Source: Guillardia theta CCMP2712
Taxonomy: Eukaryota > Protista > Cryptophyta
Direction: 5' to 3'
DNA length: 64,000 bases
NCBI RefSeq assembly: GCF_000315625.1
Contig: NW_005434664.1
Location: forward strand, 748,131 to 812,130
The position numbers and the translations under genes were made by a program. Positions 45,453 to 58,416 of the stretch are shown here, piece after piece. Position 1 is the first letter of the stretch, and each line of letters begins with the position of its first letter. The notes under the pieces are model-generated. The model searched no databases, was not told the DNA's origin, and was given only the letters and a program-made list of their open reading frames with translations.

Positions 45453-45552
45453 NNNNNNNNNNNNNNNNNNNNNNNNNNNNNNNNNNNNNNNNNNNNNNNN
45501 NNNNNNNNNNNNNNNNNNNNNNNNNNNNNNNNNNNNNNNNNNNNNNNNNNNN
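45453..45552. other. Assembly gap (100 N)
   Basis: N run. Confidence 1.
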
Positions 45553-45786
45553 TCCTCCTCCTCCCTCTTTCCTCCTCCTCCTCCTCCTCCCTCCTCCTTC
45601 CCCTCCCTCCTCCCCCTCCCCCTCCTCTTCCTATCCTCCTCTTCCTATCCTCCTCTTCCTGTCCTCCTCTTCCTATCCTCCTCATCAGTCTATCCTCCTC
45701 CTCCTGTCAGCATCGTCACTACTCTCAGACCTCCTCTTCGCTGAGAAGGGTTTAGCATTCCTCTCTCGCTCTCTCTGTCTTCCCTC

Positions 45787-48306
45787 ATGGATGGTGAGGA
45801 CGGAGAAGGAGAGGATGAGCTGGCTGCCATCTCGGCCATGTACGAAGAATCCATCGAGAACATCGTCAGACCCTGCAGGTCCATGAGCGAATGAGATTCT
45901 GCCTTGCTCGAGAATGACTAAGACCTGTTGTCTTCAGCCTGACAGAGGGCTTCATCGCCGTTGTAGAGCTCAAGTTCAACATGACGAGGGTGATTGCGTT
46001 CATGGCGTCTTTCAAGCTATTCACCTTGCTTGACAGCTCCGAGTTCACATACCGCGGGGATACCCTGAGATCAGGCCGGTGGTGTGCATGGAGGAGCCAG
46101 GAGAGGAGGACGGTGGATACAGCGAGCAACTCATGATGAAGATACAAGCATGTGTCACTGCACGCAACGCTTGCTTCTCATGGTGAACCCTCAACCTCAG
46201 GTGGTGTGACCTGACCTGATCGCAGCACCAAGAGCAAGACTGTTGAGTTCGAGAGAAAGTCCGACGGCATTGATTCAGACAACGTCATCACCCTGATCGA
46301 GGCGATCCGGTGTTTGATAGACGAGGAGGACGCATCAAGGGCGGGGCAGGATGCTTGCTCTAGGGTGGCCTCGAGGCCTCAGTCTGAGATTGTTGCGTGC
46401 TCGAGCGCTGTCAACAACATCAGCAGCATTCTCCCGACAGACCTGTTGACTAAGGTAATATCGAAGATCGACAGGAGCCACCTGCTCAAAGGTTAACTGG
46501 TCGTCTACCGTTATGCTGCTCTTACGTTGCTGAAGTCTCGCTGGTCTGCAAGCTCTTCTCCTTCGCCGTCGACTCGGCTGAGGTCGGTCCCTGGGCTCGG
46601 GGAGGACTCGAGAGGGAGTGACGAGGTTGGTCAGATTTGGCTGGAGAACATGAGGAGGAAGGGATGGGAAGGCCAGGCAGTAATGGCAGGGGCATCGAAC
46701 TCTGACGACGGGTCGGACTATGCAGCTCACTGCCTACCTCTCAAGGGTGGACGGGACACTGCTGCTGCTGCTGCTTCTGCTGCTGCCAACATCAAGAACG
46801 TGTTCCGGTGATGCGCGTGCTGGTAGCTGGAAGATCGTGACGAGCGTGGAAGGGACATGTGGAGGAGCGAGCTGCTGTGGTATATGAGGGAGACGAGCTC
46901 TAAGGTGCGGCGGCCCACTGCGCTGCTTGACAGGCATGGGTGCATTTGAGGTGACTGAGGTGTGAACCAAGGGTGTGGTGGCGAGCTTGTCGAGATTGGG
47001 CGATCAGGCGTCGACTTCGGCAGTCACAGGTGAGATAGAACGAGGATGTGACGCGTGTAGAGAGGGGCTGTTGCGATGATGTCGGTGACATGTTCACATG
47101 AGCGCGATCTCTGGGTTGTTGACATGCTGGATGCCTGCCAGGCCTTGCCTACCTGCGGGGAGGAGACGACGACCTCCTGCTGGCCGTGGGTCTGAGCAAG
47201 TCGATCCACGTCCTCCCGCTGCGAGAATTCTCCTGGAGAGGTGAGGGCGAGGAGAGAGACGAGCGGGCCCCGCCGAGTGAACTGACGGGAGGGATGGGGG
47301 GGGCGGCAGAAGGTGGAGGGAGCGGCGACCTGGTGGACCCGTTCACGGGGATCAAGGAGCTGGCTGTGAGGGATCATCGCAGCTACGATGGGAAGATGGT
47401 GAACGTGCAGTCGTCCTCGGACGGAAAGAGTCTCGGTGCCACCTGCTTCAGTGCTCTCCTCCTGGAGGGCTGACAGTCGCTGCAGTCGCTGCTCTCAATA
47501 ACGGCAAGCTTATGGCGTGGAAGGCAGGGACCAACGGGGTGAAGAGAGCAGGTGAGGGATCGGAGGTCTCGACAGGCCGTATGGGAGGGAGGGAAGACGG
47601 TCACGTGATGTGTGGGATGCGAGGAGAAAGTCACGTTGAGGAGCAGACATGACCATGTTGTTGTGTCGCTGCTGCTTGTGATACCTCGCTGCTCCAGAGG
47701 ACATGGGAAACAGCGCCGATGCTATCATCCTCCGACCCCACAAGTCGTCCATCAGGCAGGTTGCCACCACCTCGTGCCCTCCTCCGCTTGCCCTGACCTG
47801 CTCCTGTGCCGGATGTCACGTCGCAGTTCCAAGTGAGGACGCTGAGCTCGTCGCACCACCCCGTGGTCATCGCAGGTTGGGATGGAGCTGCTCCTCGTGC
47901 TCTGAAGGGGGGTGGGAGCAGGGGGAGACGACGGGTGCCTGTCCGTCTCGAGCGTGAGCAAGCAGAAGGGGGGGGGTGAGTACCGACTGCCATGCTGGGA
48001 TGCGAGCGAGGGTTGACGGTGACTTGTGCGGGAAGCGTCGAGCATGTTGATGAGAGGGCACGGAGCAGCGATCACGTGCGTTGACAGCAGCAAGGATGAA
48101 GCAACTCATGTTTGGGCGCATGCGATTGACAACGAGGCTGCGCTGACTCCTGCGCCAGCTGCTGGCAGCGTCTGGTGCAGCAGACGGGAGGGTGAAGCTG
48201 TGGGACTGCGAGAGGGGAATGTGCTTGTTCAGGTGACTTGTGGAGTCTGTTAGAGGAGAAGTTGTGCTGGAACAAGTCAGACACCAGGGAATGATGTTGA
48301 AGAGGA

Positions 48307-48356
<50 letters not shown>

Positions 48357-50894
48357 AGTCCGAGAGGAAACACGGTAGAAAAGGTTGCTGTGTTGAGGAG
48401 TATAAGGAGCTATGTATGATCGTGGCATCTTGACGTGTTGATGAGACTTTGCTCACTCTTGTGTCTCAGCGCTCAGTCGGATCGGCGAGGGAAGGTGAAG
48501 ACAAGTCGACCTGAACTCGTCCATGACATGATGTTGAGGTGGCTGCTATTGCCCTGGTCGACCCCTGGAGCTGCAGCAAGGAGAATGAGACATTTACATG
48601 CTCGCCGATGGTACAGCACATCTCCTCTCATCTTATCTCATCTCATCTCATCTCATCTCATCTCATCTCATCTCATCTCATCTCATCTCATCTCATCTCA
48701 TCTCATCTCATCTCATCTCATCTCATCTCATCTCATCTCCTCTCATCTTCATCTCCTCTCCTCTCCTCTCCTCTCCTCTCCTCTCCTCTCCTCTCCTCTC
48801 ATCTTCATCTTCATCTCATCTCCTCTCCTCTCATCTCCTCTCCTCTCCTCTCATCTCATCTCATCTCATCTCATCTCGTCTCGTCTCGTCTCATCTCATC
48901 ACCTCATCACAATCATCCGTCTTAATGACATGTTTACAGATCATAGCGGGTATGCACGACGGGATCGTAAACTTCTACGACCCTCGCGCAAGCTCAGGGC
49001 AAGACGGGTGAGGACAGAGAGCAGGAGTGAGGACGAAGACGAGATATTGGGGCAAGAAGAAGTGCAGGAGCAGGAGCAGTGGAATAAGCAGGGGCAGGGG
49101 CAGGAGCAGGAGCAGGAGCAGGGGCAGGGGCAAAGCAGGAGGGGCTGAAGACGGAAGCAGGAGGAAGGCGAACCTTGTCTGCAGCATCTCTCGCGCGTCC
49201 GCCCGCGACCCGGAGGAGCGAATCTTCCGTTGCTCGAGCGTGTGGGACAAGTGGGGTATCCACTGGCTATGGGGTCAGCGCGCCATGCTGGCCTCGGAGG
49301 AGGAGCTGCTGTGGGGGAGGATAGGTTTCCCTCGCCGAGCCCTGTCAACCCTGCGCTGCAGCCCCAACGGTCAGCTGGACGTCAGTCTCCTCCTCCTCTC
49401 ACGCGGCTGGCAGGGAGGATGCTGGTGACGGTGGACACGCTGGAGGAGCTCTCGTGCTTCGATCTGCGGTTGCCTCCTCGTGCTGCTGGGGAGGAGGGGA
49501 GATGACGAGGGTGTGCAGGAGGATGGGAGTGTGCGTGAATGTGCAAGCAGGGGAGACGATTGGAAGGAGAGCAACGAGCGAGAAGACGCAGTGGAGCAGC
49601 GAGGAGGTGAAGAAAGGGAGATTCAGCTCTGAGCTCGATTGGAAGGCGAGCAGGTGTGGAGGGAGGGGGCAGAAAGTTGGGGGAGGAAAGGGAGGGAGAG
49701 GAGCGGGAGGAAGGACAGGGAGGGAAAGGAGAAGAGGGGGGAAGAAGAGGAAGAGGGGGGAAAACGAATGGAGAATGATGGGCGATTGGACTCTGTAGGA
49801 TCATTCAAGAGTCCTGCAACTTTTGCGACGTGATGCACAGGTAAGGGATTGAGGAGAAGGGAAGAGAGGGGAAGGGAAGGGAAGAGGAGAAGGAGGAGAG
49901 GGGAAGGGGGGGAAGTGGAGGGAGAGAGGGAAAGGATAGGAAGGGAAAGGAAGGGATAGCAAACAGAGGAAGGTATAACGAGGGAGGAGACAAGGGAGTG
50001 TTGAAGGGGAGGATGGGAGGAGCTGGTAAATGCTTGTCAGGGGAGGCTTCTGCGACCTGTTTGTTGATGAAGTCAAGGCGATTGTTTGTAGCTACAGCGA
50101 TGCGACGGTCTTGACCCACCCCATTCTCTCCTCTGCCTCCTCCTCCCACCACCATCCTCACTTCTCGTGCTACTGCTCTTTCCTATTCATGACCGCTGCC
50201 AATCCTCCTCCTCCTCTGCCTCCTTTGCCTCTTCAGCCTCCTCCTCTGCCTCCTCCTCTGCCTCATCATCTTCCTCCTCCTCCTCCTCCTCCTCCTCCTC
50301 CTCCTCCTTCGCCCCCACTCACACACACAGCTTCTCATTTCCTTTCAGATCAGCGCGTTGGACATGACGAGGGGCAGGTTCATCGCGCGGGGTCTACCTC
50401 ACTCCTCCTCCTCCTCCTCCTGGATCTCGCCGGAAGTCACAGGCAAGTACCCCTCCTCCTCCCTTCTACTTTCCTCCCTTCCGCTCTTCTCCCCCTCCTC
50501 TCCTCCCGCCCTTCCTGTCTATCCTCTCACTCCTCTCCATCCTCCCCTTCCCTCTCCTCCCTCTCCTCCCCCTGCACTCAATCTCATTCCCAACTCCCTT
50601 TCTCTGCTGTCCTCTCATCTCACTCGCTCTCTTACTCCTTCCCCCCTTCCCCCCCTCCTGCCTCACTCCCGCACGTTCTCTGCCTGCTCTATCCTCTTTT
50701 CTTTCCCCCACTCCTCCTTCTGCTCCTCCTCCTTCCTCCTTCTCCCCCCCCTTCCCCCCCCCCCCTCCTCCTCTTATTCTTGCGCAGGTCCGTGTTGCCG
50801 CTTCCTTTGGAGTCAAGTCGCTCCCTCCTGTGCGGTGGTTGGCAGCATGAACGGAGTCGTCGGAGTGATGAAACTTCCTCTGAGCTGTGAATAA
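45787..50894 (+). CDS. RWD / F-box / WD40-repeat protein
   Basis: RWD: DELAAISAMY...LRVHIPRGYPEIRP...VITLIEAI. F-box: LPTDLLTKVISKIDRSHLLK|VSLVCKLF..DEIW. WD40: LMRGHGAAITCVD, ASGAADGRVKLWD, IAGMHDGIVNFYDPR. Downstream exon boundaries approximate. Confidence 0.75.
48636..48900. repeat. (TCTCA)n / (TCTCC)n pentamer microsatellite, intronic
   Basis: Direct reading. Confidence 0.95.
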
Positions 50895-51094
50895 TGAAGG
50901 AATCGACGAAGACAAGGAGGACACGGGAAAGAGGACGAGGACACAGGAAGGAGAAAGCGGGAAGAAGGTGGAAGTTGTTGAGGATTCAGGATTTGTGTAA
51001 ATAACAAAAGATGAGAGGGCTGGATGTAAATAAAGTTAGCAGGAGAGCAGGAGAGCAGGAGAGCAGGAGAGTTTCTTCGGTCCTTCGCCTCCTC

Positions 51095-51959
51095 TTATCC
51101 GTAAAAGTATTCGTTGATGCGAGAAACCACAAGGAACATGAAGACGCTGATAGCGGCCGACATGCTCGTCTGCCAGCAAAGACGCGAGTCAGCAGAGGCA
51201 TGAGGAGAGGAAAGAGAAGAGGAGGAAGGATGGGGCAGGGAGAGGACAAGTAAAAAAGCAGCTAGAGGAGAGGAGGAAGGGCGGGAGAAGAGAGAAGAGG
51301 GAGAGAGGAGAATGAGGGGGGGGGGAAGGAGAGGAGGAGGAAGGCAGAGAGAGAGAGGAGGGCGGAGAGGAGAGGAGGAGGAAGGCAGAGAGAGAGAGGA
51401 GGGGAGGGGATACGGATGAAGAAGAAGATTCTGTTACAGCTACTCACTATTCGCTTCTTGGTCTCCCACATCGACTCAGCGTCGCCAGCTGTGCTTCTGC
51501 TCGTGCGCGTCAAGTCCAGCGGGAGACTCACAGCGACCGACCTCCTGGAGGGGACGACAAACATCTCCTGCGACATGGCCGAGATCCCCCGCCTCTCCTC
51601 CTCCGGCTCTCGCTTCCTCCTCGTCCCCTTCCTGCTGGCAAGGCGTGAGGGGAGGAGCTTCAGGTCGCGCCCGCTGCTACCTCAGCACCAGCGGGAGGGA
51701 CAGCCATGAGCGAGATCGGGACAAGCGCATCTGCAAGCTGATCATCAGCTGCTGCTGACCCGCAGGCTGCTCGCCTCTTGCTGGAGGGCGAGCGCAGCGA
51801 CAGCTCGTGATGGAGGATACTTGGTGAACGACCTGCGATGAGATGAGGAGAAGAGGGAGGAGAGGAACGAGGAGGGCCCAAGAGATCAAAGAGCATCCTG
51901 ATCAAGAACAGGAGCAGCAGCAAGAGCAGGAAGAGAGGCGGGGGAGGGGGGAGCAGCAG

Positions 51960-52010
<51 letters not shown>

Positions 52011-54138
52011 CACAAGCTCAGAGAGTGTCGTAGCACAGCGAGCAGCAGCAGACGTAGGTCAACCTGGACGCTTGCGCAATGATGACGTCCAGTGGGAGAT
52101 CGTCCGGAAGTTTCTTCAACGGCACGTCAAAATTATCGAGGAGGAGCGACGAGGAGAGAGGGAGGGAGGGGAGGAAGCGAGGGAGGGGTGGAGGAACCTG
52201 CATTAGCATGTGGACCTCGGCGTAATCATGGGCCGGGTCCAGGATGACGTCACCTGGCAGCAGGGGCTGAGGGATGGGAAGGAGCGAGAGCATGGTATGG
52301 TGGGTCGGGGCCTTCTTTCTTACTTCGGAACTTGATGATGGCGGCAGCGGTGTAGAGAGGCAGGAGGGGGTGCGAGGAGAGGAAGGAGTCGAAGAGCCTG
52401 AAAGCCTGTCGCTCTGCTCTGTTAGCGGAATTTTGACAGGTAGGGAATTTTGACAGGTCGTTGCAAGGACTCTCGACCTGGTGGGCGTTGCGGACGTCGT
52501 GGGAGAACCAAGTGAGAAGCCAACTGAGGAGGAGGGTGAGACAGGGAGATATGGAGGACGGGCAGCGAGAGGACGGGAGGGAGGGAAGGCTGGGACGGGG
52601 ACGAGGCAGGAGCAAGAGAGCAGGGAACGCAAGGGAACGGAGGGAGTGCAGAGGACGCAGGAGACGACGAGGAGCTCCTTCTCTCAGCCTGACCTCAACG
52701 CAAACTGCGGGCCAACTCCGTCCTTGCACAGAGTCTGCGCGAGGACGCGGTCATCTCTGACAAGGAGGACATCAGCTCTGCACGGGGAGATCCAACGAGC
52801 AGCAACCGTTCGATGAGGTGGACGAGCAGCGAGAGCGCGTCGTTGGCTATGCTCAAGTCCTCGCCCATGGCCTCCTGTCACACCCGATGAGACGGGCACG
52901 AGGGAAGGAGAGTGTGAGGGAGGGGATGACAAGGCAGGATGGGGACGAGGTAAGGTGGGTGCAGGGAGGAGATGAGGGCAGGGGGAGGACTATTCGAGCC
53001 GCTCACCTTCAAGAACAGCTTCATGACTCTGAAGATCACTTGCTTCGACTGCAGCAGGCAGCAACTGGATCAGAGATGTCGCCGAGGTCGTCAAGAATTC
53101 CACGCACCATCTCCACGTCGTCAAACGCATGCAAGATGATAGAGGCTAGGTCATGGAAGCCCTGCGGTGCATGTAAACTCATCAACCGTCGGATCCTGAC
53201 GCACCTGATAGTAATGGAACTGTGTGTTTTCCCTGCGTTCGAACAAACTCTCACAAGGCAGGCAGGAAGGCAGGCAGAGACAAGACCTGAATAGAGCATG
53301 CAGGGTGCTCGACAACCTCCTCCTCAAGGTAGAGATCTCATCTCGGGATAGCCCTGGGCTCCTTGGTTCACCATGAAAACGCTTCCCTCCCTCCCTCCCT
53401 CCCTCCCTCTCCTCGCATCCCTCCCCTCACTTTTCTTCCTCCCTCCCTTTCTCCCTCCCCTGCCTCCCCTGCCTCCCCTGCCTCCCCTGCCTCCCCTGCC
53501 TCCCCTGCCTCCCCTGCCTCCCCTGCCTCCCCTGCCTCCCTGCATCCCCTGCCTCCCCTGCCTCCCCTGCCTCCCCTGCCTCCCCTCTCTCCCAGCTTCC
53601 TTGGATGCCAAGTACCGAGGTGTGTTGCTGATCTAGTGACATCAAGTTCGATCTGCTCGTAGTATCTGTGCTTCTCCTCGGAAGGGAGAGGGTCCGGGCA
53701 GACGTTGCTCGAGCATGCTTCATCCTGTTCGCTCACGCTCCCGTGTGCGGATCCCTTTCCCTCTGCTCCCGCTTCTCCATCGCCTTCCAACTCCACACCT
53801 GGCTTTTCGTCTCCTCCTCCTCCTCCTCCTCCTCCTCCGCCTCCGCCTCCTCCTCCGCCTCCTCCTCCTCCTCCATCTTCGTGCGATAGACCAACAAGCA
53901 TCGGCCAGACCTGCTAGGATGTGAACCCGAGCGAGGACATGCATGCAGCACGCACTTTTCTCCTCGTGCCATTGTCGTGAAACCCTCCATGAACGCCCAT
54001 GTACCGCAGCTCGTCGACATCCGGGGATGGCGACTGGAGCAGCAGGTTGATGTAGCCGACCCTCCTCTTCTCGTTCCGTCCTATCAGGATCCTCTGCACC
54101 TGCCGTGCGCCGGGGAGAGACTGGAGCTCGAGGCTCAT
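51095..54138 (-). CDS. TBC1D20/Gyp8-like Rab GTPase-activating protein
   Basis: DVDELRYMGVHGGFHDNGTRRK|VWPMLVG; QIELDVTRS (Arg finger); QGFHDLASIIL (Gln finger); LSWLLTWFSHDV..RLFDSFLSSHPLLPLYTAAAII; C-terminal TM AAISVFMFLVV. Start codon uncertain. Confidence 0.85.
53456..53586. repeat. (CTGCCTCCC)n 9-mer tandem repeat, intronic
   Basis: Direct reading. Confidence 0.9.
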
Positions 54139-55068
54139 TCCCGATCTGTCTGCATGCACCTGTGCGGGGGGAACACATCAATTGCTTCATCGCGAACGTT
54201 CAGATCTTGCGCGGCATGCAAAACAACCTCATCACCATCTCCATCTTCTCCATCCTCTACTCAGGTCCTTCTTCCATTCACGTGTCTCTATGTTGGTTGG
54301 CAAAATCTGCTACAACAGCTTTGCTCTCTCCCTCTTCATCCGACAACCCTTCGTCTCCTCTCTCGCTCTCTTGCTCTCTCAATCCCGCCACCACCGCCAT
54401 CATCGCATCCACCGATATTTTTCTCCCACATCTTCCTCATCTGCCCCTACTTCCCTCCTGAGCTCACTCCTCTATCCTAACCCGTCCTGTTCCTTCCTGA
54501 GCCCTGCTTCCTAACCCTCCATTACCTCTCTCCTCTCCCCTCCCCTCCCATCACCTCCCCTCCTCCCATCACCTCCCCTTCTATCTCATCCTGCCCTGTT
54601 CTCCTCTCCTCCTTCTCGTTCTCCTCTCCCCTCCTCTCCCCTCCTCTCCCCTCCTCTCCTCTCTGCCTCCTAGGGCCTCCCTTCCAGCCACTGGCTCTTG
54701 CATTCCACTTGCTCGGGGAACATACCCAGGTCCGCCTCAACAGCATATATAGCCTGGACGAGGGGCAGATAGAACAGAAGAAAATGGGCCCGTGGGAGAG
54801 GAAGGAGGGAGGGAGGGAGGAGCGGGGAGGGAGGGGACGGCGGAGGTAGGAGGAGAGGGGCGAGATGGGCAGGGCTGAGGACGAGCACGAGATGCTAACG
54901 GAGAAGATGTGGAAGGGAAGGGAGCGCAGAGAGGGAACCAGGGAGGGGCAGGAGCGTCAGCTGATAGAGGACCTGGATCAATTCAAATGAAGATCCTTGA
55001 GGAGGGGGGAGGAGGGAGCGTGGACAGGACATTGAGGACTTCAGAGGGTCTTGCTTCTATCAGAGAGC

Positions 55069-56469
55069 CATGACGATGCTGAGCGGACCATGTTCACTGA
55101 CTATCTCTCCCTCCCTCCCTCCCCTCCCCTCCCTCCCTCCCTCCCTCCCTCCCTCCCTCTTTACAGGCTGTCTGCCTCCTATGTCCAGTCTGACGAAGCA
55201 GTGGCTGCTCCAGCAACGGAACCACCTGCCGGTGCACAAGGTCTGACCATGTTGTGCGCTTGCTCCTCGTTCCTCACTCTGTTNNNNNNNNNNNNNNNNN
55301 NNNNNNNNNNNNNNNNNNNNNNNNNNNNNNNNNNNNNNNNNNNNNNNNNNNNNNNNNNNNNNNNNNNNNNNNNNNNNNNNNNNCCTACCTCCTCCTCCTC
55401 CTCCTCCTCCTCCTCCTCCTCCTCCTCCTCCTCCTCCTCCTCCTCCTCCTCCTCCTCCTCCTCCTCCTCCTCCTCCTCCTCCTCGCGCTGCCTTCGCCTC
55501 TCAACCCTTGTTCTTGACATGAGACGTCAGACTGGTGTCCGGTCAAGAGAGACAGTGGCTCAGAATGAGTCAGACGTGCCGATGGACAATGGAGTGGTGA
55601 ATTGTTCTCGTGCATAGCAGCCTTGCTCGTATGACCGTCGTGCTCAGGACGCCAACGTGTTAGAGATGCAGGGAGTTCAGCGCAGGCTCACGAGAGGCAA
55701 GGCAGCTGAGGCAGGGATCACCGTGGAAGCCATCGGTAGAGCCTTGAGCGAGGAGGAGGAGGTCGCTGAGTATTGTGGGTGTAGCAGAAGCCAACGACCC
55801 TCCCTTCCGAGAGGCTTCCACCAGGTGAGTTGAGCGTGCTCCCGCTCGAGCTGAAGGGGCCCGGCAGGTCTGCTGAGCGCGGCAAACGCGAAGCGTCCAA
55901 CGATCAGAGTGAGGAGACTCGGAGCTGTCGGGCGAGGAGTTTGACATGATTTCTCCTTAGATGATCAAGACGACCTTCCGGCAGAAGGCCAGATGCAACT
56001 TGAGCCGAACGGGACAACAACCAGCTCGGGTGCCCAAGGACAGCAAGGGATTGCGGAGGAGGAGGGTAGCGTGAAGGAAGCACCTGCCCAAGAGGAGCCT
56101 GCCCCCAAGGAGGAGGAAGGGAGTGAGGTGAAGGCGGAAGCTGCTGGGGAGAAACCTCTGGTCAGTCCTGCAAGCAGTCTTTCTTGGCTGATGCTCGAAC
56201 AGGACTGGGGTGATGAGAAGATGGAGGAGGCTGACGAGACCGCCGCTGACACGACTGGTACGCGTAACTGTGAGGCAGAAGCAGGGATGAGAATGACTGA
56301 GCAGCAGGTCACGACAACTCGAAACAGCAGGAAGTCGAAGTCGACCAGGCACAGCCTGATGAGGCCGACGACCAAAAGGAAGAGGAAGACGGGAGTCGCA
56401 AGGACGACTCTGTGGAAGGTTCAGAACTGGATTAGAACAGACATTTGTCACCGAACCGAGTTTTATTAA
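55069..56469 (+). CDS. Hypothetical acidic low-complexity protein (5' end uncertain, spans gap)
   Basis: Spliceable exons LSASYVQSDEAVAAP, TGVRSRETVAQNESD, EMQGVQRRLTRGKAAE, EEEGSVKEAPAQEEPAPKEEE. Confidence 0.35.
55284..55383. other. Assembly gap (100 N)
   Basis: N run followed by (CCT)n. Confidence 1.
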
Positions 56470-56565
56470 ATTTTTTTTGTCGGTCTACACAGGATAGTCC
56501 ATTTTAGAAGGTATTTAGATCGCGAAAACAATTTGCTCCCCAGCAAATTTTTTGTTTCACTCCAT

Positions 56566-58416
56566 TTAGTGCTGAGCCGCCTGCTGCTGCTGCTGAGCGT
56601 GCGCCTCGAGGGCTGCCAAGGCCTCCTGGATCTTGCTGCGAAGAGCCTCAGCATCGTCGATGAGAGCGATGAGCTCGGAGTTGTCAAGCCCCTCCAAGAG
56701 CATTCCAGTGATCTTGCCAGCAAGGGGTCCCTGCTCCGCCTGGATGAGAGCATAGAGACGCTCTCCGAGGATCTGCTTGGCCTGTGCTGGAGGAGCATTG
56801 ACCAAGAGGGCCATAAGCTGCTCCTTGCTCATGGCAGAAGGAGGAACCTGTGGAGCCGGAGCAGCCTGCTGAGCAGGAACGGCCTGAGGGGCCGCAGGAA
56901 CACGCTGTGGCTGCTGAGCAGGAACGGCGCCCTTTGGCTGGCGGGCGTTGGTCTGCTGCTGCTGTCCACGAGCCTGCTGCTGCTGTCCACGAGCCTGCTG
57001 CTGCTGGGCGTTGTAGTTGGCGCCACCCTGACGACGCTGCTGTCCCTGGACAGGGTACTGGCCCTGGCGGTTGTTGAAGGGCTGACGATACTGTCCCGGC
57101 ATCTGTCCTGGGAACATGAACACTCCCTGAGCGCCCGGAGGAGCAGTGCGAGTGAACGGCATCATCTGTGGCATAGGCATTCCCTGCATCTGGAACCTTG
57201 GAAGGAGGTTCTGGCGCTGGCCCTGAGCAGCCTGCATCTGGCGACGGATCTCGATGGGCTGGTGAAGGGCAACGTAGATGGGCTTGGTGCCAACCATCTG
57301 TCCGTTCATCGCGGTCACAGCACGAGTAGCCTCCTCAGGCTGAGCGAAGCAGACGAAACCGAAGCCCTTGGAAACCTCGGGGCGATCCTTGTCACGCATC
57401 ACCTTGGCGGAGGTGATGGTTCCGAACTGCTCGAAGGTCTGGCGAAGCTTCTCATCATCGATGGTGTCATCAAGATTCTTGATGTAGAGGTTGACGAGCT
57501 GGTTGTTCTTCAAGCGCTCCATACGGATCTGATCGTACTTCTTCTTGAGCTTCTCCTTGCGCTCGCTTTCCTTTTCAGCACGTCCAGCGTAGATATCCCT
57601 CTCACCACCGAATGGCTTCTGGCCATTCATCTCCTCACAGCACTTCTTGGCATCATCAGCCTCCTTGAAGTTGACGAATCCGAAGCACTTGGAGGTGCCG
57701 TCTTCCTTCCTCATGATCTTGCAGGAGGTGATCTCTCCATACCTCTCGAAGGACTTGCGGAAGTCATCATCGCTCACGTTGTCAGGGAAGTTCTTGACGT
57801 AGACGTTGGTGAAGCGGCGCTCTCCGTTGGTAGACTCACGCTCACCACGGGGGATAAAGGGTCCCACGAAGAGGCGCTTGTCCTCCAAAAGCATGCCGTT
57901 CACCTTGGAAATAGCCTCATTGGCCTCCTCAGCAGTCTCGAACTGAACGAAACCAAAGCCGCGAGAGTTGGCATGCTCATCCATGGAAACCTTGCAGGAC
58001 AAGATGTTGCCGAACTGGGAGAAAGTGTCGTGAAGAGTACGGGTGTCGACGGTCTTGTCCAAGTTCTTGATAAAGATGTTTCCAGCTCCAGACTTACGGA
58101 TGGACGGGTCACGATGCTTCCACATGATACGGCAAGCCTTGCCCTTGATCTGGGTGTAGTTCAAGGTGTCGAGGGCACGCTCGGCATCAACGACATTGTG
58201 GAAGTTGACGTAAGCATATCCGAGGGAGCGACGGGTCATAGCATCACGGCAAACACGGATTGAGGCAACAGGTCCAACGACGGAGAAAACCTCGAAGAGC
58301 TGGGGCTCCGTGACGTTAGGGTCCAAGTCACCGACATACAGGGATGCCGAAGCAAGGGGGGGCTGCGTGACGGGGGCAGCAGCAGTAGCATTGGCAGCAG
58401 CGGTGGTGGTTGCCAT
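56566..58416 (-). CDS. PABP: Cytoplasmic polyadenylate-binding protein (4 RRM + MLLE), intronless CDS
   Basis: ASLYVGDL, RRSLGYAYVNF, GNIFIKNLD, TNVYVKN, NLYIKNLDD, SKGFGFVCF; MLLE KQILGERLY..AGKITGMLLE. Confidence 0.99.
   Translation of the reverse strand: MATTTAAANATAAAPVTQPPLASASLYVGDLDPNVTEPQLFEVFSVVGPVASIRVCRDAMTRRSLGYAYVNFHNVVDAERALDTLNYTQIKGKACRIMWKHRDPSIRKSGAGNIFIKNLDKTVDTRTLHDTFSQFGNILSCKVSMDEHANSRGFGFVQFETAEEANEAISKVNGMLLEDKRLFVGPFIPRGERESTNGERRFTNVYVKNFPDNVSDDDFRKSFERYGEITSCKIMRKEDGTSKCFGFVNFKEADDAKKCCEEMNGQKPFGGERDIYAGRAEKESERKEKLKKKYDQIRMERLKNNQLVNLYIKNLDDTIDDEKLRQTFEQFGTITSAKVMRDKDRPEVSKGFGFVCFAQPEEATRAVTAMNGQMVGTKPIYVALHQPIEIRRQMQAAQGQRQNLLPRFQMQGMPMPQMMPFTRTAPPGAQGVFMFPGQMPGQYRQPFNNRQGQYPVQGQQRRQGGANYNAQQQQARGQQQQARGQQQQTNARQPKGAVPAQQPQRVPAAPQAVPAQQAAPAPQVPPSAMSKEQLMALLVNAPPAQAKQILGERLYALIQAEQGPLAGKITGMLLEGLDNSELIALIDDAEALRSKIQEALAALEAHAQQQQQAAQH

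Noticed and set aside
54130-54270. Apparent operon-like ATGA stop/start overlap upstream of the TBC gene
   Set aside because: The upstream frame is unsupported, and the stretch can equally be read as a 58-nt GT-AG intron or a + strand exon; ambiguous without transcripts.
56533-58263. 576-aa ORF antisense to PABP
   Set aside because: It is the in-register mirror of a highly codon-biased gene (few TTA/CTA/TCA codons, so few antisense stops) and has no domain features.
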